64,000 nt of DNA. It comes from Gemmatimonadales bacterium. GTDB lineage: Bacteria > Gemmatimonadota > Gemmatimonadetes > Gemmatimonadales > GWC2-71-9. The stretch covers positions 11,607 through 75,606 of the forward strand of contig JBFJHJ010000009.1 of the NCBI GenBank assembly GCA_041613315.1. Direction: 5' to 3'. Below, one piece after another: positions 1-10,524 of the stretch. Position numbers and translations under genes: made by a program. Numbering within the stretch: the stretch's first letter is position 1; every line of letters starts with the position of its first letter. The notes beneath the pieces were generated by a model, which had not been told where the DNA came from, made no database searches, and saw only the letters and a program-made list of their open reading frames with translations.

Positions 1-297
1 GCGGCGCTCGGGGGGGAGTTCACGATCCCCACGCCGTATGGCGACGAGACCGTCCGCATCCCGGGCGGCGTTCAGTCGGGTTCGGTGATCAGCCTCCGCG
101 GGAAGGGGCTCCCCGGCCTCAACGACGGGCGGCACGGCAGCCTCCACGTCCGGATCCAGGTCTGGACGCCACCGCGGCTCACGCCCGAGCTTCGCGAGCT
201 GTTCGAGCAGCTGGCCGCCAGCGAGGGTGAGCCGCCGCAGGGCGAGAGCCTGGGCCAGCGGTTCTGGAACAAGGTGAAGGAGACGTTCGGGACGTGA
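1..297 (+). CDS. dnaJ: Molecular chaperone DnaJ, C-terminal part (truncated by window start)
   Basis: Frame 1 reads AALGGEFTIPTPYG...IPGGVQSG...LRGKGLP...HGSLHVRIQVWTPPRL, typical of the DnaJ C-terminal domain; stop TGA at 295-297. Confidence 0.85.
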   Translation, partial: AALGGEFTIPTPYGDETVRIPGGVQSGSVISLRGKGLPGLNDGRHGSLHVRIQVWTPPRLTPELRELFEQLAASEGEPPQGESLGQRFWNKVKETFGT

Positions 298-301
298 CCG
301 G

Positions 302-640
302 ATGAGCGAGTGCCTGTTCTGTAAGATCGTTCGCGGCGAGATCCAGGCAACGGTGGTACGGCAAACCGACCGGTTCCTCGCCTTTCGGGACATCAACCCG
401 CAGGCGCCCACGCACCTGCTGGTGATCCCTAAGGCACATGTCGCGTCGCTCAACGACGCGCGTGACGCGGACCTGGTCGGGAGCCTCGTGCTGTTCGCCC
501 GGGATGTGGCGGAGGCGGAAGGCCGGGCGGCGACGGGCTACCGCGTGGTGATCAACACCAACGCCGACGGCGGCCAGACCGTATTCCACCTGCACGGCCA
601 CGTGCTCGGCGGGCGCGCGCTGCAGTGGCCGCCTGGCTAG
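302..640 (+). CDS. hinT: Histidine triad (HIT) nucleotide-binding protein
   Basis: CLFCKI N-terminus, [34 protein letters not shown] histidine triad. Confidence 0.93.
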   Translation: MSECLFCKIVRGEIQATVVRQTDRFLAFRDINPQAPTHLLVIPKAHVASLNDARDADLVGSLVLFARDVAEAEGRAATGYRVVINTNADGGQTVFHLHGHVLGGRALQWPPG

Positions 641-764
641 TCCGGCGACGCGACCTGGCCAGGCGTGTGCGCGGCCGGCCGCGGCATGGGGCGGGCCGGC
701 AGGGGTGGCGATAACCCCTGAGAGGCTCTACTTTTCGGCGGTTCCTGATCCTGGCGTGCGGAGT

Positions 765-947
765 ATGGCGGAAGTCATCGTCGCCGAGAACGAGAACTTC
801 GAACGGGCGCTCAGACGCTTCAAGAAGAAGTGCGAGAAGGCGGGGATACTGTCGGATCTACGCAGACATCGCCACTACGAGAAACCGAGTGAGCGGCGCA
901 AACGGAAGATGAACGCCGCTCGCCGCAAGCAGAGCCGGTCGAGATAA
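765..947 (+). CDS. rpsU: 30S ribosomal protein S21
   Basis: [20 protein letters not shown]...[14 protein letters not shown] at 765 preceded by GGAG. Confidence 0.96.
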   Translation: MAEVIVAENENFERALRRFKKKCEKAGILSDLRRHRHYEKPSERRKRKMNAARRKQSRSR

Positions 948-1136
948 GGACGGGATGGTATACTTCCGCTCGGCCGGTCCCCGTCCTCCCGCTCTCCCAC
1001 CCGACGCCAACCTCCGAGACCGCAAGACCACGGCCGACGTGCCGGGGAAGCAGTGCGCCCCGGGGCGAGCGGTGTGCCGCGAGGAAGCCCTGGCCCTCAT
1101 CGGGGATGACGCCAGGGCCAGCGCCGCCCTCCAGGG

Positions 1137-3491
1137 GTGCCGGTGACCGAGGTCACCCGCACCCCTTCCTCTTCCTCTGCGCCCGCTTCGGCGGACGCCG
1201 TGACGGAACTGGAGTTTGCACGGGTACTCGAGGTCGTCGCGCGGAGAGCCGTCTCGCCGCTCGGCGCGGACGCCGTGCGGCGGCGGCGCCCCCGTGCGGC
1301 GCTGGAAGAGATCCGGGCGGAGCTTGCCGCGGTGGCCGAGCTGGCGCAGGTCCTCCGTGACGGCGATGGGTTCGCTCCGGAGCCGGTGCCGGATCTGCGG
1401 GAGACGGTCCGCGCCCTCACGACTGCCGGTAGCGTGCTCGACGGCGAGGTGCTCGTGGAGCTGGCGCAGAGTGTCGGAGCGATGCGGCGCACGGCGCTCG
1501 CGCTCGAAGGCCTGCGTGATGTCGCGCCCCGCGCCGCTGCGCTCGTGGTCGAGCTGCCGTCGAAGGGATTGGAGCGGGCGATTGCCCGCGCCCTCGAGCC
1601 GGACGGCAGCGCCAAAGACGATGCGAGCCCCGAGCTCAGGCGCGCGCGGCGCCGGGTGCGCGAGACCCGGGCCTCGCTGATCCAGCAGCTGGAGAGCCGC
1701 CTGCGCGACCTGAGCGCCGAGACGGATGGCGACGTGCGGGTTCGCAACGGACGATACGTCATTCCCATTCGGCGGGACGCGCGCTCGCGGGTGCGCGGCA
1801 TCGTTCACGGCGAATCCAGCTCCGGCGCCACGCTCTTCGTGGAACCGGGGGAGTTGGTGGACGTCGGCAATGCGCTCGCCGAAGCCCAGGCCGACGAGGC
1901 CCGGGCCGTCCTCGCCGTGCTGCGCGACCTCACCGAGCGGGCCCGTCCGGATGCCGCCCGGATCGCGGCGGGGTGGGCGATGTGCATCGCGGCCGACGAC
2001 CTCTACGCCCGGGCGCGCTACGCGCATGACGTCGACGCTGCCGTCCCTCGACTGACGTCGGCGCCGGGCCGGCTCATGATCCGACGGGCCGTGCACCCCC
2101 TCCTCCGCGACGAGGTCCAGGATGCGGTCCCGTTCGATCTCGTGCTCGACGACGGCGAGACGACGCTCGTCGTGAGCGGACCGAACGCCGGCGGCAAGAC
2201 GGTGTTCCTGAAGGCGGTCGGGCTCGTGAGCGCGATGGCGCAGGCCGGGATCGTGCCGCCCGTGGGGCCGGAGACCGAGCTGCCGGTGTTTGGGAGGATC
2301 TTCGTCGATATCGGGGATCATCAGTCGATCGCCGCGAGCCTGTCGACCTACAGCGCGCACCTGCGGGCGCTCAAAGACATTCTGGAGGAGGCCGACGACC
2401 GCTCGCTGGTGCTGCTCGACGAGCTGGGTGGCGGCACCGATCCGATCGAGGGCGGTGCATTGGCCGGCGCCGTGCTCTTGCGGCTGGCGAGCCGGCGGGT
2501 GACGACCGTCGCGACCACGCACCTCACGCAGCTCAAGGAGCTGGCCGCCCGCGCGGACGGCCTGATCAACGCCTCGCTCGAGTTCGATGCGGAAACCTTG
2601 GCGCCCACCTACCGGCTCCTGAAGGGGAAACCGGGCCGCTCATACGCGCTCGCGATGGCGCGGCGGCTCGGCCTGCCGCCCGCCGTCCTCGACACGGCCG
2701 AGGAGTTGACTCCCGAGCAGGTGCGGTCCATGGACGCGATGCTCGCGGAGCTGGAACGCCGGGAAACGGAGCTGACGCGGCGCGAGGCGGGCGTCGCATC
2801 CGCGGGGGCGCGGCTCGATCGCGACGCCGCGGCCACGGCCCGCGACCGGGCCGAGCTGGACGAGCGGCGCGACGCGCTGGACGAACGCGAGCGCGTGATC
2901 GAGCGCACGGGCCGCGAGGCGGCCCGCCGCTTTCTCCTCGCGGCGCGCAAGCGGGTCGAGGAGGCGCTGGGACTCGCTCGCGCGGCCGTCACCGAAGCGA
3001 CCGCGAAGGAGGCCCGGCGGCTCGTCGAGGAGGGTGTGCGTCGCGAAGGGGATGCGCTCTCGGAGCTGGAGCGCGTGGCGAAGGCCCAGGGGTGGAAGAT
3101 CAAGAAGGGGCGGCGTGAGCCGTCGGCAGGACGAGCCGACTCCCGATCGAGCCCGCGCGGATCGGCCGCTCCGCGGCGCGAGCGCCAGCCGGCTGGCCCG
3201 GCTCACCGCTCACACGGCAGCGATCCAGCGACAGGCGATCACCAGGCGGCGACCGAGATCGATCTCAGAGGGTTGACGGGCGACGAGGCTGAGGCCGCGA
3301 TCATCGCGGCGCTCGACGCGGCCGTCGTCGCCGACCTCCCCGTGCTGCGGATCATCCACGGCAAAGGCACCGGGGCCCTGCGCGCCCGCGTCGGGCAGGT
3401 GCTCGAGCGCGACCGCCGCGTCGCGAGCGTCCGGCCCGCGCCGCCACCGGAGGGCGGCACCGGCGTCACCATTGCCGAGCTGAGCGGATGA
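1137..3491 (+). CDS. mutS2: Endonuclease MutS2 / ribosome-splitting factor with C-terminal Smr domain
   Basis: GIVHGESSSGATLFVEP, Walker A SGPNAGGKT, DIGDHQSI..SLSTYSAH, LLDELGGGTDP, Smr DLRG...IIHGKGTGAL. Confidence 0.93.
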   Translation: MPVTEVTRTPSSSSAPASADAVTELEFARVLEVVARRAVSPLGADAVRRRRPRAALEEIRAELAAVAELAQVLRDGDGFAPEPVPDLRETVRALTTAGSVLDGEVLVELAQSVGAMRRTALALEGLRDVAPRAAALVVELPSKGLERAIARALEPDGSAKDDASPELRRARRRVRETRASLIQQLESRLRDLSAETDGDVRVRNGRYVIPIRRDARSRVRGIVHGESSSGATLFVEPGELVDVGNALAEAQADEARAVLAVLRDLTERARPDAARIAAGWAMCIAADDLYARARYAHDVDAAVPRLTSAPGRLMIRRAVHPLLRDEVQDAVPFDLVLDDGETTLVVSGPNAGGKTVFLKAVGLVSAMAQAGIVPPVGPETELPVFGRIFVDIGDHQSIAASLSTYSAHLRALKDILEEADDRSLVLLDELGGGTDPIEGGALAGAVLLRLASRRVTTVATTHLTQLKELAARADGLINASLEFDAETLAPTYRLLKGKPGRSYALAMARRLGLPPAVLDTAEELTPEQVRSMDAMLAELERRETELTRREAGVASAGARLDRDAAATARDRAELDERRDALDERERVIERTGREAARRFLLAARKRVEEALGLARAAVTEATAKEARRLVEEGVRREGDALSELERVAKAQGWKIKKGRREPSAGRADSRSSPRGSAAPRRERQPAGPAHRSHGSDPATGDHQAATEIDLRGLTGDEAEAAIIAALDAAVVADLPVLRIIHGKGTGALRARVGQVLERDRRVASVRPAPPPEGGTGVTIAELSG

Positions 3492-5269
3492 CGCCGATCC
3501 CGGACGCGCTGATCGAGCAGGTTCGCGATGCGGCCGACATGGTGGCACTGATCGGCGAGCACGTGGACCTCCGGCGCACCGGCACCGACTATCGCGGCCC
3601 CTGCCCGTTCCACGGCGGCACGCACCGCAACTTCGCCGTGATCCCCAAGAAGCAGATGTTCTATTGCTTCGTCTGCCACGAAGGCGGGGACATCTTCACG
3701 TTCTACATGAAGAAGTTCGGGGTGGAGTACCCTACGGCCGTGCGGGACGTTGCGGCGAAGTCGGGGATCACGATCCCCGAGCGTCCATCCGGCGGTCCCG
3801 ATCCACGGGAGCCGCTCTTCTCCGCCGTCGGGGCGGCGCAGGACTGGTACGCCCGGCGGCTGCGGGAGGCGGACGACGCGGCGAAGGCGCGGCAGTACCT
3901 GGCCGGCCGCGGCTTCGACCTGGAGGTGCTCGCGCCTGTGGGGCTGGGGTTCGCCCCGAAAGGCGACGCGTTCCTGGACGGTATGGCGGCCCTCGGGGTC
4001 TCCGTGGAGGTGCTCATCGACGCGGGGCTCGCGGTGCGACGGGAGGATGGAACCGTGCGGCCGCGATTCTGGAATCGGTTGCTCTTTCCCATCCGGGATC
4101 TCCGTGGACGGGTCGTCGGCTTCGGCGGCCGAGTGCTCGACGGCGGCGAGCCCAAGTACCTCAACTCGCCCGACTCGCAGGTGTTTCACAAGCGCGCGCT
4201 GCTGTACAACCTGCATGACGCGAGACATGCGATCCGGAAGGCCGAACGCGCCGTCGTCGTGGAGGGCTACTTCGACGTGCTTCGGCTGGTCGATGCGGGG
4301 ATCGAGGAGGTCGTTGCCCCGCTTGGGACGGCGCTCGCCAGCGAGCAGGCCCAGTTGCTCAAGCGATATACCGCGAACGTCGTGTTGTGTTACGACAGCG
4401 ACGCCGCCGGTCTGCGCGCGAGTTTTCGCGCCGCCGATGAGTTGCTGCGCGCGGGGCTGCGCGTGACGATCGCGACGCCACCCCCCGGCGAGGATCCCGA
4501 CACGCTCGCGCGGGCCGGGGGCGCGGATCAGATCCGGCGGGTGTTGGACGACGCCTTGGACGTACTCGAGCGGAAGTTGCAGTTGCTGGACCGGAAGGGG
4601 TGGCTCGGGACGCTCTCGGGTCGGCGGCGGGCGCTGGATCGGCTGCTCCCGACGCTGCGCGCCGCCACCGACTCGGTGACGCGCGATCTCTACGTCGGCC
4701 GGACGGCCGAAGGCCTTGGCATCTCTCGCGAATCCGTCCGGCACGAGCTCAAGGACGTTCGGCAGCCGCCGGCCGCCGTGGCGGCGGCGGGGTCCTCGGG
4801 CCCCCTGCTGCGCCGCGCGCGGCGCTCGAGCCCCGAGCGCGATCTCCTGCGCGTGATGCTGCGGGAGCCCGCCTGGCGTGGGCGGATCACCGAGCACCTC
4901 CAGAGCATGCCGGCCGGCGAGGAGCCCGAGCGTTCGCTGCTCAGCCTGGTCGGGCAGACCGAGCCGGCGGTGTCCGGCGGCGAAATTCTCGAGCGGGTGG
5001 ACGGGGAAGCGCGGACGGTCCTGACCGAGTTGCTGGCCGAACAGTGGGGGACCCTCGACGTCGATGCGATCGTCGACGGTGCCTTGCGCAAGATCGAGAG
5101 CCGCTCCCTCGAGCAGCGGCTCCGGGCGATCGACCGGCAGCTGCCGGTGGCGTCCGAGCAGGAGAAGCTCGAGCTGGCGCAGGAGAAGGACACCCTGAGC
5201 CGCCACATCGCCAAGCTGAATCCGGGACGCTGGAACGTGATTACGAAGAGGAGGACACGTGCACCCTGA
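3488..5269 (+). CDS. dnaG: DNA primase
   Basis: CPFH...FYCFVC zinc-binding domain, PKYLNSP, TOPRIM VVEGYFDV and YDSDAAG. Confidence 0.96.
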   Translation: MTPIPDALIEQVRDAADMVALIGEHVDLRRTGTDYRGPCPFHGGTHRNFAVIPKKQMFYCFVCHEGGDIFTFYMKKFGVEYPTAVRDVAAKSGITIPERPSGGPDPREPLFSAVGAAQDWYARRLREADDAAKARQYLAGRGFDLEVLAPVGLGFAPKGDAFLDGMAALGVSVEVLIDAGLAVRREDGTVRPRFWNRLLFPIRDLRGRVVGFGGRVLDGGEPKYLNSPDSQVFHKRALLYNLHDARHAIRKAERAVVVEGYFDVLRLVDAGIEEVVAPLGTALASEQAQLLKRYTANVVLCYDSDAAGLRASFRAADELLRAGLRVTIATPPPGEDPDTLARAGGADQIRRVLDDALDVLERKLQLLDRKGWLGTLSGRRRALDRLLPTLRAATDSVTRDLYVGRTAEGLGISRESVRHELKDVRQPPAAVAAAGSSGPLLRRARRSSPERDLLRVMLREPAWRGRITEHLQSMPAGEEPERSLLSLVGQTEPAVSGGEILERVDGEARTVLTELLAEQWGTLDVDAIVDGALRKIESRSLEQRLRAIDRQLPVASEQEKLELAQEKDTLSRHIAKLNPGRWNVITKRRTRAP

Positions 5270-5966
5270 CTTACAGGCCCTGTTGGCGCTACAGGACAAA
5301 GACAAGGCCGTACTGGCCATCCTGGACGAGCTGAAGGCGCTCGAGCCCACCATGGCGGCGCTCGATGCCGAGCTCGAACAATTGGAGGCGGCGCTGGCGG
5401 CGGCGCAGACACGCGCACAGGACGCCGACCAGCGCCGGGAAGAATTGGAGGGCAAGATCGAGGGCTACCGGGTGATGCAGGAACGCCGCCGACAACGACT
5501 CGAGTGGGTGAAGGGCGCGAAGGAGGCCTCCACGCTCATGGCGGAGCTCGACCTTGCGCGCACGGTCATGGCCAAGGAAGAAGCCGAATGGATTCGGTCG
5601 GCTGACCGCGTGCAGGAGGCGTACCACTTGGCCGCGGAGTCAGAGAAGGCGGTGCAGGAGCTGCGGGCCGCGCAGGCACCGCAGCGGGAGGAGCTCGTGG
5701 CGAAACGCGGCGAGCTCGAGGAGCTGCTGGCCGCGGCGCAAGACGAGCGCCGCGCCACGGCGCAGGGCGTGCCGCAGGAGATGCGCGAGCGCTACGAGCG
5801 GATCCTCACCGGTCGCTCGCCACTTGCGTTGTACCCGCTGCAGAACGGTGCCTGCGGACGGTGCTTCACGGCGGTGCCGCTCCACCGTCGCCAGAAGATC
5901 CAGAACGGAGACGGCGTCGACAGCTGCGAGGCGTGCGGCGTGCTCCTGTACACCGGGACGGGATGA
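5259..5966 (+). CDS. Coiled-coil protein with C-terminal C4 zinc ribbon (CT398/HP0958-like)
   Basis: Long heptad coiled coil followed by CGRC...CEACGVLLY. Confidence 0.85.
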   Translation: MHPDLQALLALQDKDKAVLAILDELKALEPTMAALDAELEQLEAALAAAQTRAQDADQRREELEGKIEGYRVMQERRRQRLEWVKGAKEASTLMAELDLARTVMAKEEAEWIRSADRVQEAYHLAAESEKAVQELRAAQAPQREELVAKRGELEELLAAAQDERRATAQGVPQEMRERYERILTGRSPLALYPLQNGACGRCFTAVPLHRRQKIQNGDGVDSCEACGVLLYTGTG

Positions 5967-7669
5967 CGCTGGCGCTGGGGCGGTGGCGGTTGACGGACCC
6001 GCCGGACCCGGCGGTGACCGCGGCGCTCGCCAGCGCCCTCCACATCCCACCCACGCTCGCCGCCCTGGTCGCCCAGCGCGGGTACGCTGCCGCTGACGAC
6101 GCACGCACCTTCCTGCGTCCCACGCTCGACCAGCTCACCGATCCGTTCGCGTTCCGGGACATGGAGACCGCGGTGCATCTCGTGGGGGAGGCGGTGCGCG
6201 CCGGCACGCGCATTCTGGTGCACGGCGACTACGACGTGGACGGGCAATGTGCCGCGGCGCTCCTCACGCGGGTGCTGCGGGCGGCGGGGGCGGACGTCGT
6301 GCCGTTCGTCCCGCACCGCGTGCGCGACGGCTACGATTTCGGTCCCGCGGGGTTGGCGGTGGCCCAGGCGCACGGCGTGGGGCTGGTGATCACGTGCGAC
6401 TGCGGCACGACCGCGCTCGAAACGGTGGCGGCGGCGCAGGCGGCGGGGATCCGCGTCCTGGTGACCGACCATCACCTGGCCAGCGTGACGGCCCCGGCCG
6501 ACGCCATGGTGAATCCTCAGCACCCCGAGTGCGGATCGCCGTCCAAGCAACTCTGCGGGACGGGCGTCGCCTTCAAGTTGGTCCAGGCGCTGACGGGTGA
6601 GCTTGGGCTACCCGAGAACTTGCCCTACCACTTTCTCGAGCTGGTGGCCCTCGCCACCGTGGCGGACGTGGTGCCCTTGACGGGCGAGAACCGGGTGCTG
6701 GTGCGCTTCGGGCTCAAGGCGCTGGCCACGTCCCGCTGGCCGGGCGTGCGAGCCCTGGTCGAGGCCGCGGGGCTCTCGGACACCGAGTTCCGCGCGGGTC
6801 ACGTGGGGTACGTGCTCGCGCCGCGACTCAACGCCACGGGGCGGATCGGCGACGCGATGGACGGTCTACGGCTCCTGCTCACCGACGATCCTGCGGAGGC
6901 CCACCTGCTCGCGCAGCAGCTCGAAGCGCAGAACGCCCAGCGGCAGGCGATGGATGCGGTGATGCTCGAGGAGGCCGTGGAGGATATCGAGCGGGCCGTG
7001 GACCTCGAGCGCGAGTATGGCCTGGTGCTGGCGCGCGACGGATGGCATCCCGGCATCATCGGCCTGGTCGCGTCACGTCTCGTGGAGCGCTACGCCCGTC
7101 CGACGATTCTCGTGGCACTGGTGGGGGACGAAGGGCGGGGATCGGGGAGGAGCATCGCGCGGTTCGACCTGCACGGGGCGCTGGCGGCGTGCGCACCGCA
7201 CCTGGCGCGATTTGGCGGGCACCGCATGGCGGCGGGCTTGACCGTGCACCGGGACCGGTTGGCGGCGTTCCGTGAAGCGTTCAACGAAGTCGCGCGGTCA
7301 GCGCTGACGGTGGACGACCTGGTGCCGACCCAGCGCGTGGACATCGTGTTGTCCGTGGATCAGCTCGACGGCACCCTCGAACGCTTGATGCGGCACCTCG
7401 AACCGTGCGGGGCGGGCAACCCGGCCCCGGTGCTGGGGATTCGGAGCGCCGCGGGCCGCAACGCCCGAGTGGTGGGCACGAAGCACCTGCGCTTCACCTT
7501 GGAGGACGACAGCGGGCGGATCGCCGCCATCGGGTTCGGCTGGGCGGATCGGGTGCAGGACGACTGGTGGAGCGGACCGCTGGACGTCGCCTTCCGCCTC
7601 GAGCGGGACGAGTGGCGCGGCGTCCACTCGCTCAAAGCCAAGGTCGTGCATCTGCGGCCCACAGGCTGA
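5963..7669 (+). CDS. recJ: Single-stranded-DNA-specific exonuclease RecJ
   Basis: GDYDVDG, ITCDCG, VTDHH (DHH motif), ATVADVVPL, PRLNA.GR, FGGHRMAAG; ATGA overlap with the upstream stop. Confidence 0.96.
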   Translation: MTLALGRWRLTDPPDPAVTAALASALHIPPTLAALVAQRGYAAADDARTFLRPTLDQLTDPFAFRDMETAVHLVGEAVRAGTRILVHGDYDVDGQCAAALLTRVLRAAGADVVPFVPHRVRDGYDFGPAGLAVAQAHGVGLVITCDCGTTALETVAAAQAAGIRVLVTDHHLASVTAPADAMVNPQHPECGSPSKQLCGTGVAFKLVQALTGELGLPENLPYHFLELVALATVADVVPLTGENRVLVRFGLKALATSRWPGVRALVEAAGLSDTEFRAGHVGYVLAPRLNATGRIGDAMDGLRLLLTDDPAEAHLLAQQLEAQNAQRQAMDAVMLEEAVEDIERAVDLEREYGLVLARDGWHPGIIGLVASRLVERYARPTILVALVGDEGRGSGRSIARFDLHGALAACAPHLARFGGHRMAAGLTVHRDRLAAFREAFNEVARSALTVDDLVPTQRVDIVLSVDQLDGTLERLMRHLEPCGAGNPAPVLGIRSAAGRNARVVGTKHLRFTLEDDSGRIAAIGFGWADRVQDDWWSGPLDVAFRLERDEWRGVHSLKAKVVHLRPTG

Positions 7670-8184
7670 TGCGCATCATCGCCGGCGAGTTCCGCGGCCG
7701 CCGGCTGACGCGCTCCGCGGACCCTCGCGTGCGCCCCACCGCTGATCGCGTTCGCGAAGCGTGGTTCAGCATCCTCGTGCCGGCGCTGCCCGGGACCCAT
7801 GTGCTGGACTTGTTCGCCGGTTCCGGCGCGCTGGGTCTCGAGGCGCTGTCGCGGGGCGCTCGGCGGGCGGATTTTGTGGAGCGCTCGCGCCGCTCCCTCG
7901 ACGCCATTGCCGCGAACGTGCAGGCGCTGGGCGTCGCCGACCGCGTGACGGTTCACCGCGGTGAGGCGCTGCGCTTCGTGCGTGATCTCGCGCCGGAGGC
8001 CTACGACATCGCCTTCGCCGACCCGCCATACGGAGGGGACGAAGCCGCCCGCCTCGTGGAGCGCTTCCGCGCCCGACCCTTCGCGCGCATTCTTGGGGTC
8101 GAGCATCGCGCCGGCACGTCGCTGGACGGCGACCAGAGTCGGCGCTACGGCGACGTCGCCCTCACATTCTGCTACGCGCCATGA
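7669..8184 (+). CDS. rsmD: 16S rRNA m2G966 methyltransferase
   Basis: [13 protein letters not shown]...[34 protein letters not shown]. Confidence 0.93.
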   Translation: MRIIAGEFRGRRLTRSADPRVRPTADRVREAWFSILVPALPGTHVLDLFAGSGALGLEALSRGARRADFVERSRRSLDAIAANVQALGVADRVTVHRGEALRFVRDLAPEAYDIAFADPPYGGDEAARLVERFRARPFARILGVEHRAGTSLDGDQSRRYGDVALTFCYAP

Positions 8185-8660
8185 CACGCATCGCGATCTA
8201 TCCGGGCTCGTTCGACCCCGTCACACGCGGGCACGAGGACCTGGTGCGTCGAAGCCTCACGTTCGCCGACCGCGTGATCGTGGCGGTCGCCACGAACTTG
8301 AGCAAGGAACCCCTGTTCAGCCTCGAGGAGCGCGTCGCGCTCCTCACCGCCGTGCTCGGCGGCGACCCGCGGGTCGAGGTGGAGCGCTTCGATGGCCTGC
8401 TCGCCGACTTTGCCCGAGAGCGGAAGGCCCACCTCGTGATCCGCGGCCTCCGGGCGGTGAGCGACTTCGACTACGAATCGCAGATGGCGCTGATGAACCG
8501 CGCGTTGTATCCGGAACTGGAGACGATCTTCCTGGTGCCCGCGCTGGATCTCACCTACCTCAGCTCGAGCTTGGTGCGCGAGGTCGCCCGTCTGGGCGGC
8601 GACGTCGCGGCCTTCGTGCATCCGACGGTGGAGAAAGCGCTGCGGGCGAAGTTCGGCTGA
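8181..8660 (+). CDS. coaD: Phosphopantetheine adenylyltransferase
   Basis: [34 protein letters not shown]. Confidence 0.97.
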   Translation: MTRIAIYPGSFDPVTRGHEDLVRRSLTFADRVIVAVATNLSKEPLFSLEERVALLTAVLGGDPRVEVERFDGLLADFARERKAHLVIRGLRAVSDFDYESQMALMNRALYPELETIFLVPALDLTYLSSSLVREVARLGGDVAAFVHPTVEKALRAKFG

Positions 8661-9664
8661 TGCCCTTTCGGTCGTCGCTGCACCGGCGGGCGGCCGCGCT
8701 GCAGCGCCGGGTCGTGCTCGCCGAGGGATGGGACGCGCGGGTGCGCGCGGCGGCGGAGATGCTCGAGCGCCAGGGAATCAGCGCGGTGGAGGTGCTGGAT
8801 CGTTCGGCGGCCCGCGACCCGCGCTTGGAGCTGGTGGCGGACGCCCTCGCCGCGCGCCGGCCCGACCAGGTCCGTAGCCGGGCCCAGGCCCGAGGGCTCG
8901 CCGCCGACCCGATCCGGTTCGCCGCCGGACTCGTCGCGCTGGGCGCGGCGGACGCCGCCGTCGCCGGGGCGACCTGCCCGACCGGCGAGGTGCTGCGCGC
9001 CGCCCTCTGGGCGATCGGGCCGGCGGAGGGCATCACCACGGTGAGCAGCGCGTTCTACATGGCGCTGCCCGCTCAGCCCCCCCTGGCTCCCGAGGGAGAA
9101 AGCGCAACTGGAGCCGGGGGAACCGGCGCGCCCGAGGAGCGCGTGCTCACCTTCGCGGACTCGGCGGTGGTCCCCGATCCGACGCCCGACCAGCTCGCCG
9201 AGATCGCCCTGGCGGCGGCGCGTGACCGGCGGCTGATTGTCGGCGATGCGGCGATCGTGGCCTTTCTGTCCTATAGCACCCGCGGGAGCGCCGAGGGGGC
9301 GCGGGTGGACAAAGTGCGGGCGGCCGTGCGGCGGTTTCGGGAGCGCGCGCCGGAGATCACGGCCGACGGCGAGCTTCAGGGCGACGCGGCGCTCGCGCCC
9401 GACGTGGCGGCCCGGAAGGCGCCGGGATCGGCCGTGGCGGGGCGGGCCAACGTGTTGATCTTTCCCGACCTTGACAGTGGGAACATTGCCTACAAACTGG
9501 TGCAGCGGCTGGCCGGCGCGAGCGCCACGGGGCCGATCCTACAGGGGCTTGCGCGCCCCATGGCCGATCTTTCGCGCGGGGCCGTCGCCGAGGATATCGT
9601 GGACGTCGCGGCGGTCGCGGTCTTGCAGGCGGGGGCGGTCGTCCATCGACTGGAGGAGCGATGA
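8660..9664 (+). CDS. pta: Phosphate acetyltransferase (short PTA_PTB type)
   Basis: [64 protein letters not shown]. Confidence 0.9.
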   Translation: MPFRSSLHRRAAALQRRVVLAEGWDARVRAAAEMLERQGISAVEVLDRSAARDPRLELVADALAARRPDQVRSRAQARGLAADPIRFAAGLVALGAADAAVAGATCPTGEVLRAALWAIGPAEGITTVSSAFYMALPAQPPLAPEGESATGAGGTGAPEERVLTFADSAVVPDPTPDQLAEIALAAARDRRLIVGDAAIVAFLSYSTRGSAEGARVDKVRAAVRRFRERAPEITADGELQGDAALAPDVAARKAPGSAVAGRANVLIFPDLDSGNIAYKLVQRLAGASATGPILQGLARPMADLSRGAVAEDIVDVAAVAVLQAGAVVHRLEER

Positions 9665-9999
9665 GCTTTACGGTGCGGAAAGACGAGAAGAGCGGGGTCG
9701 TGGTGGTCGCTGTCGACGGCCAGCTGATCGTGGGAAACCGGCACGATCTCAAGCAGAAAGTGCTGGACGCGTTGGAGGCGGGTGACACGAAGTTCGTCAT
9801 CGACTTTGCCAACACCGGATACATCGACTCCTCGGGACTCGGTGTGCTCGTCTCGCTGGCCAAGAAGATCCGTGAGGCCGGGGGCGATTTGAAGCTGGCC
9901 GGCCTCAACGACGATCTCCGCACGCTGTTCGAGCTCACGAAACTGGATAGCCTCTTCACGCTCACGCGGTCGGCCGAGGAAGCCGTCGCCACGTTTTGA
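9661..9999 (+). CDS. STAS-domain anti-sigma factor antagonist (RsbV/SpoIIAA-like)
   Basis: [11 protein letters not shown] phosphoacceptor motif, 112 aa. Confidence 0.92.
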   Translation: MSFTVRKDEKSGVVVVAVDGQLIVGNRHDLKQKVLDALEAGDTKFVIDFANTGYIDSSGLGVLVSLAKKIREAGGDLKLAGLNDDLRTLFELTKLDSLFTLTRSAEEAVATF

Positions 10000-10003
10000 C
10001 GGC

Positions 10004-10489
10004 ATGACGGCTCCCCACGCGACGGCGCCGCTGCGCCTGTGTCTGCGCCGGCAGGAACGACCGGCCCCCGGCTCGGGCGAGCGGTGCGTCGCGATCTCTC
10101 TCCGTGTCCCGACCGAGCTGGATGTAGTCGAAGAGGCGGTCGACCTCGTTGCCCGCCACTGTGTGGCCAGCGGCGTTCCCCCCCGCGCCGCCCGCTTCAC
10201 GCTCCGCGTGGTGCTGTGTGAAGCCCTCGCCAACGCTATCGTGTACGGCAACCGACTGGACCCGGCGAAGCGTGTGGACGTGGAAGTCGAGCTGGCGGGC
10301 GGCGCCCTCGCGCTCCACGTGCGGGACGAGGGTGACGGCTTCGACCCGGCCGCCGTGCCCGACCCCACCGGGCCGGAGCATGTCGCGGACGAGCAGGGGC
10401 GCGGGCTGTTCCTCATCCGCCAGCTGGTGGACGAGGTGCGGTTCAACGAACGGGGGAACGCTATCTGCATGATCATGCGCCACGCGTAG
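10004..10489 (+). CDS. Anti-sigma factor / Ser kinase, HATPase_c (RsbW-like)
   Basis: EALANAIVYGN, VRDEGDGFD, GRGLFLIRQLVDEV. Confidence 0.9.
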   Translation: MTAPHATAPLRLCLRRQERPAPGSGERCVAISLRVPTELDVVEEAVDLVARHCVASGVPPRAARFTLRVVLCEALANAIVYGNRLDPAKRVDVEVELAGGALALHVRDEGDGFDPAAVPDPTGPEHVADEQGRGLFLIRQLVDEVRFNERGNAICMIMRHA

Positions 10490-10524
10490 ACCGGCTCGAC
10501 GCCATCCTCCACTCCCTGGGCGCG

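Noticed and set aside
955..1146. 63-aa ORF or hairpin between rpsU and mutS2
   Set aside because: No recognisable motif; the short IR (TCGGCCG/CGGCCGA) is expected by chance at this GC content.
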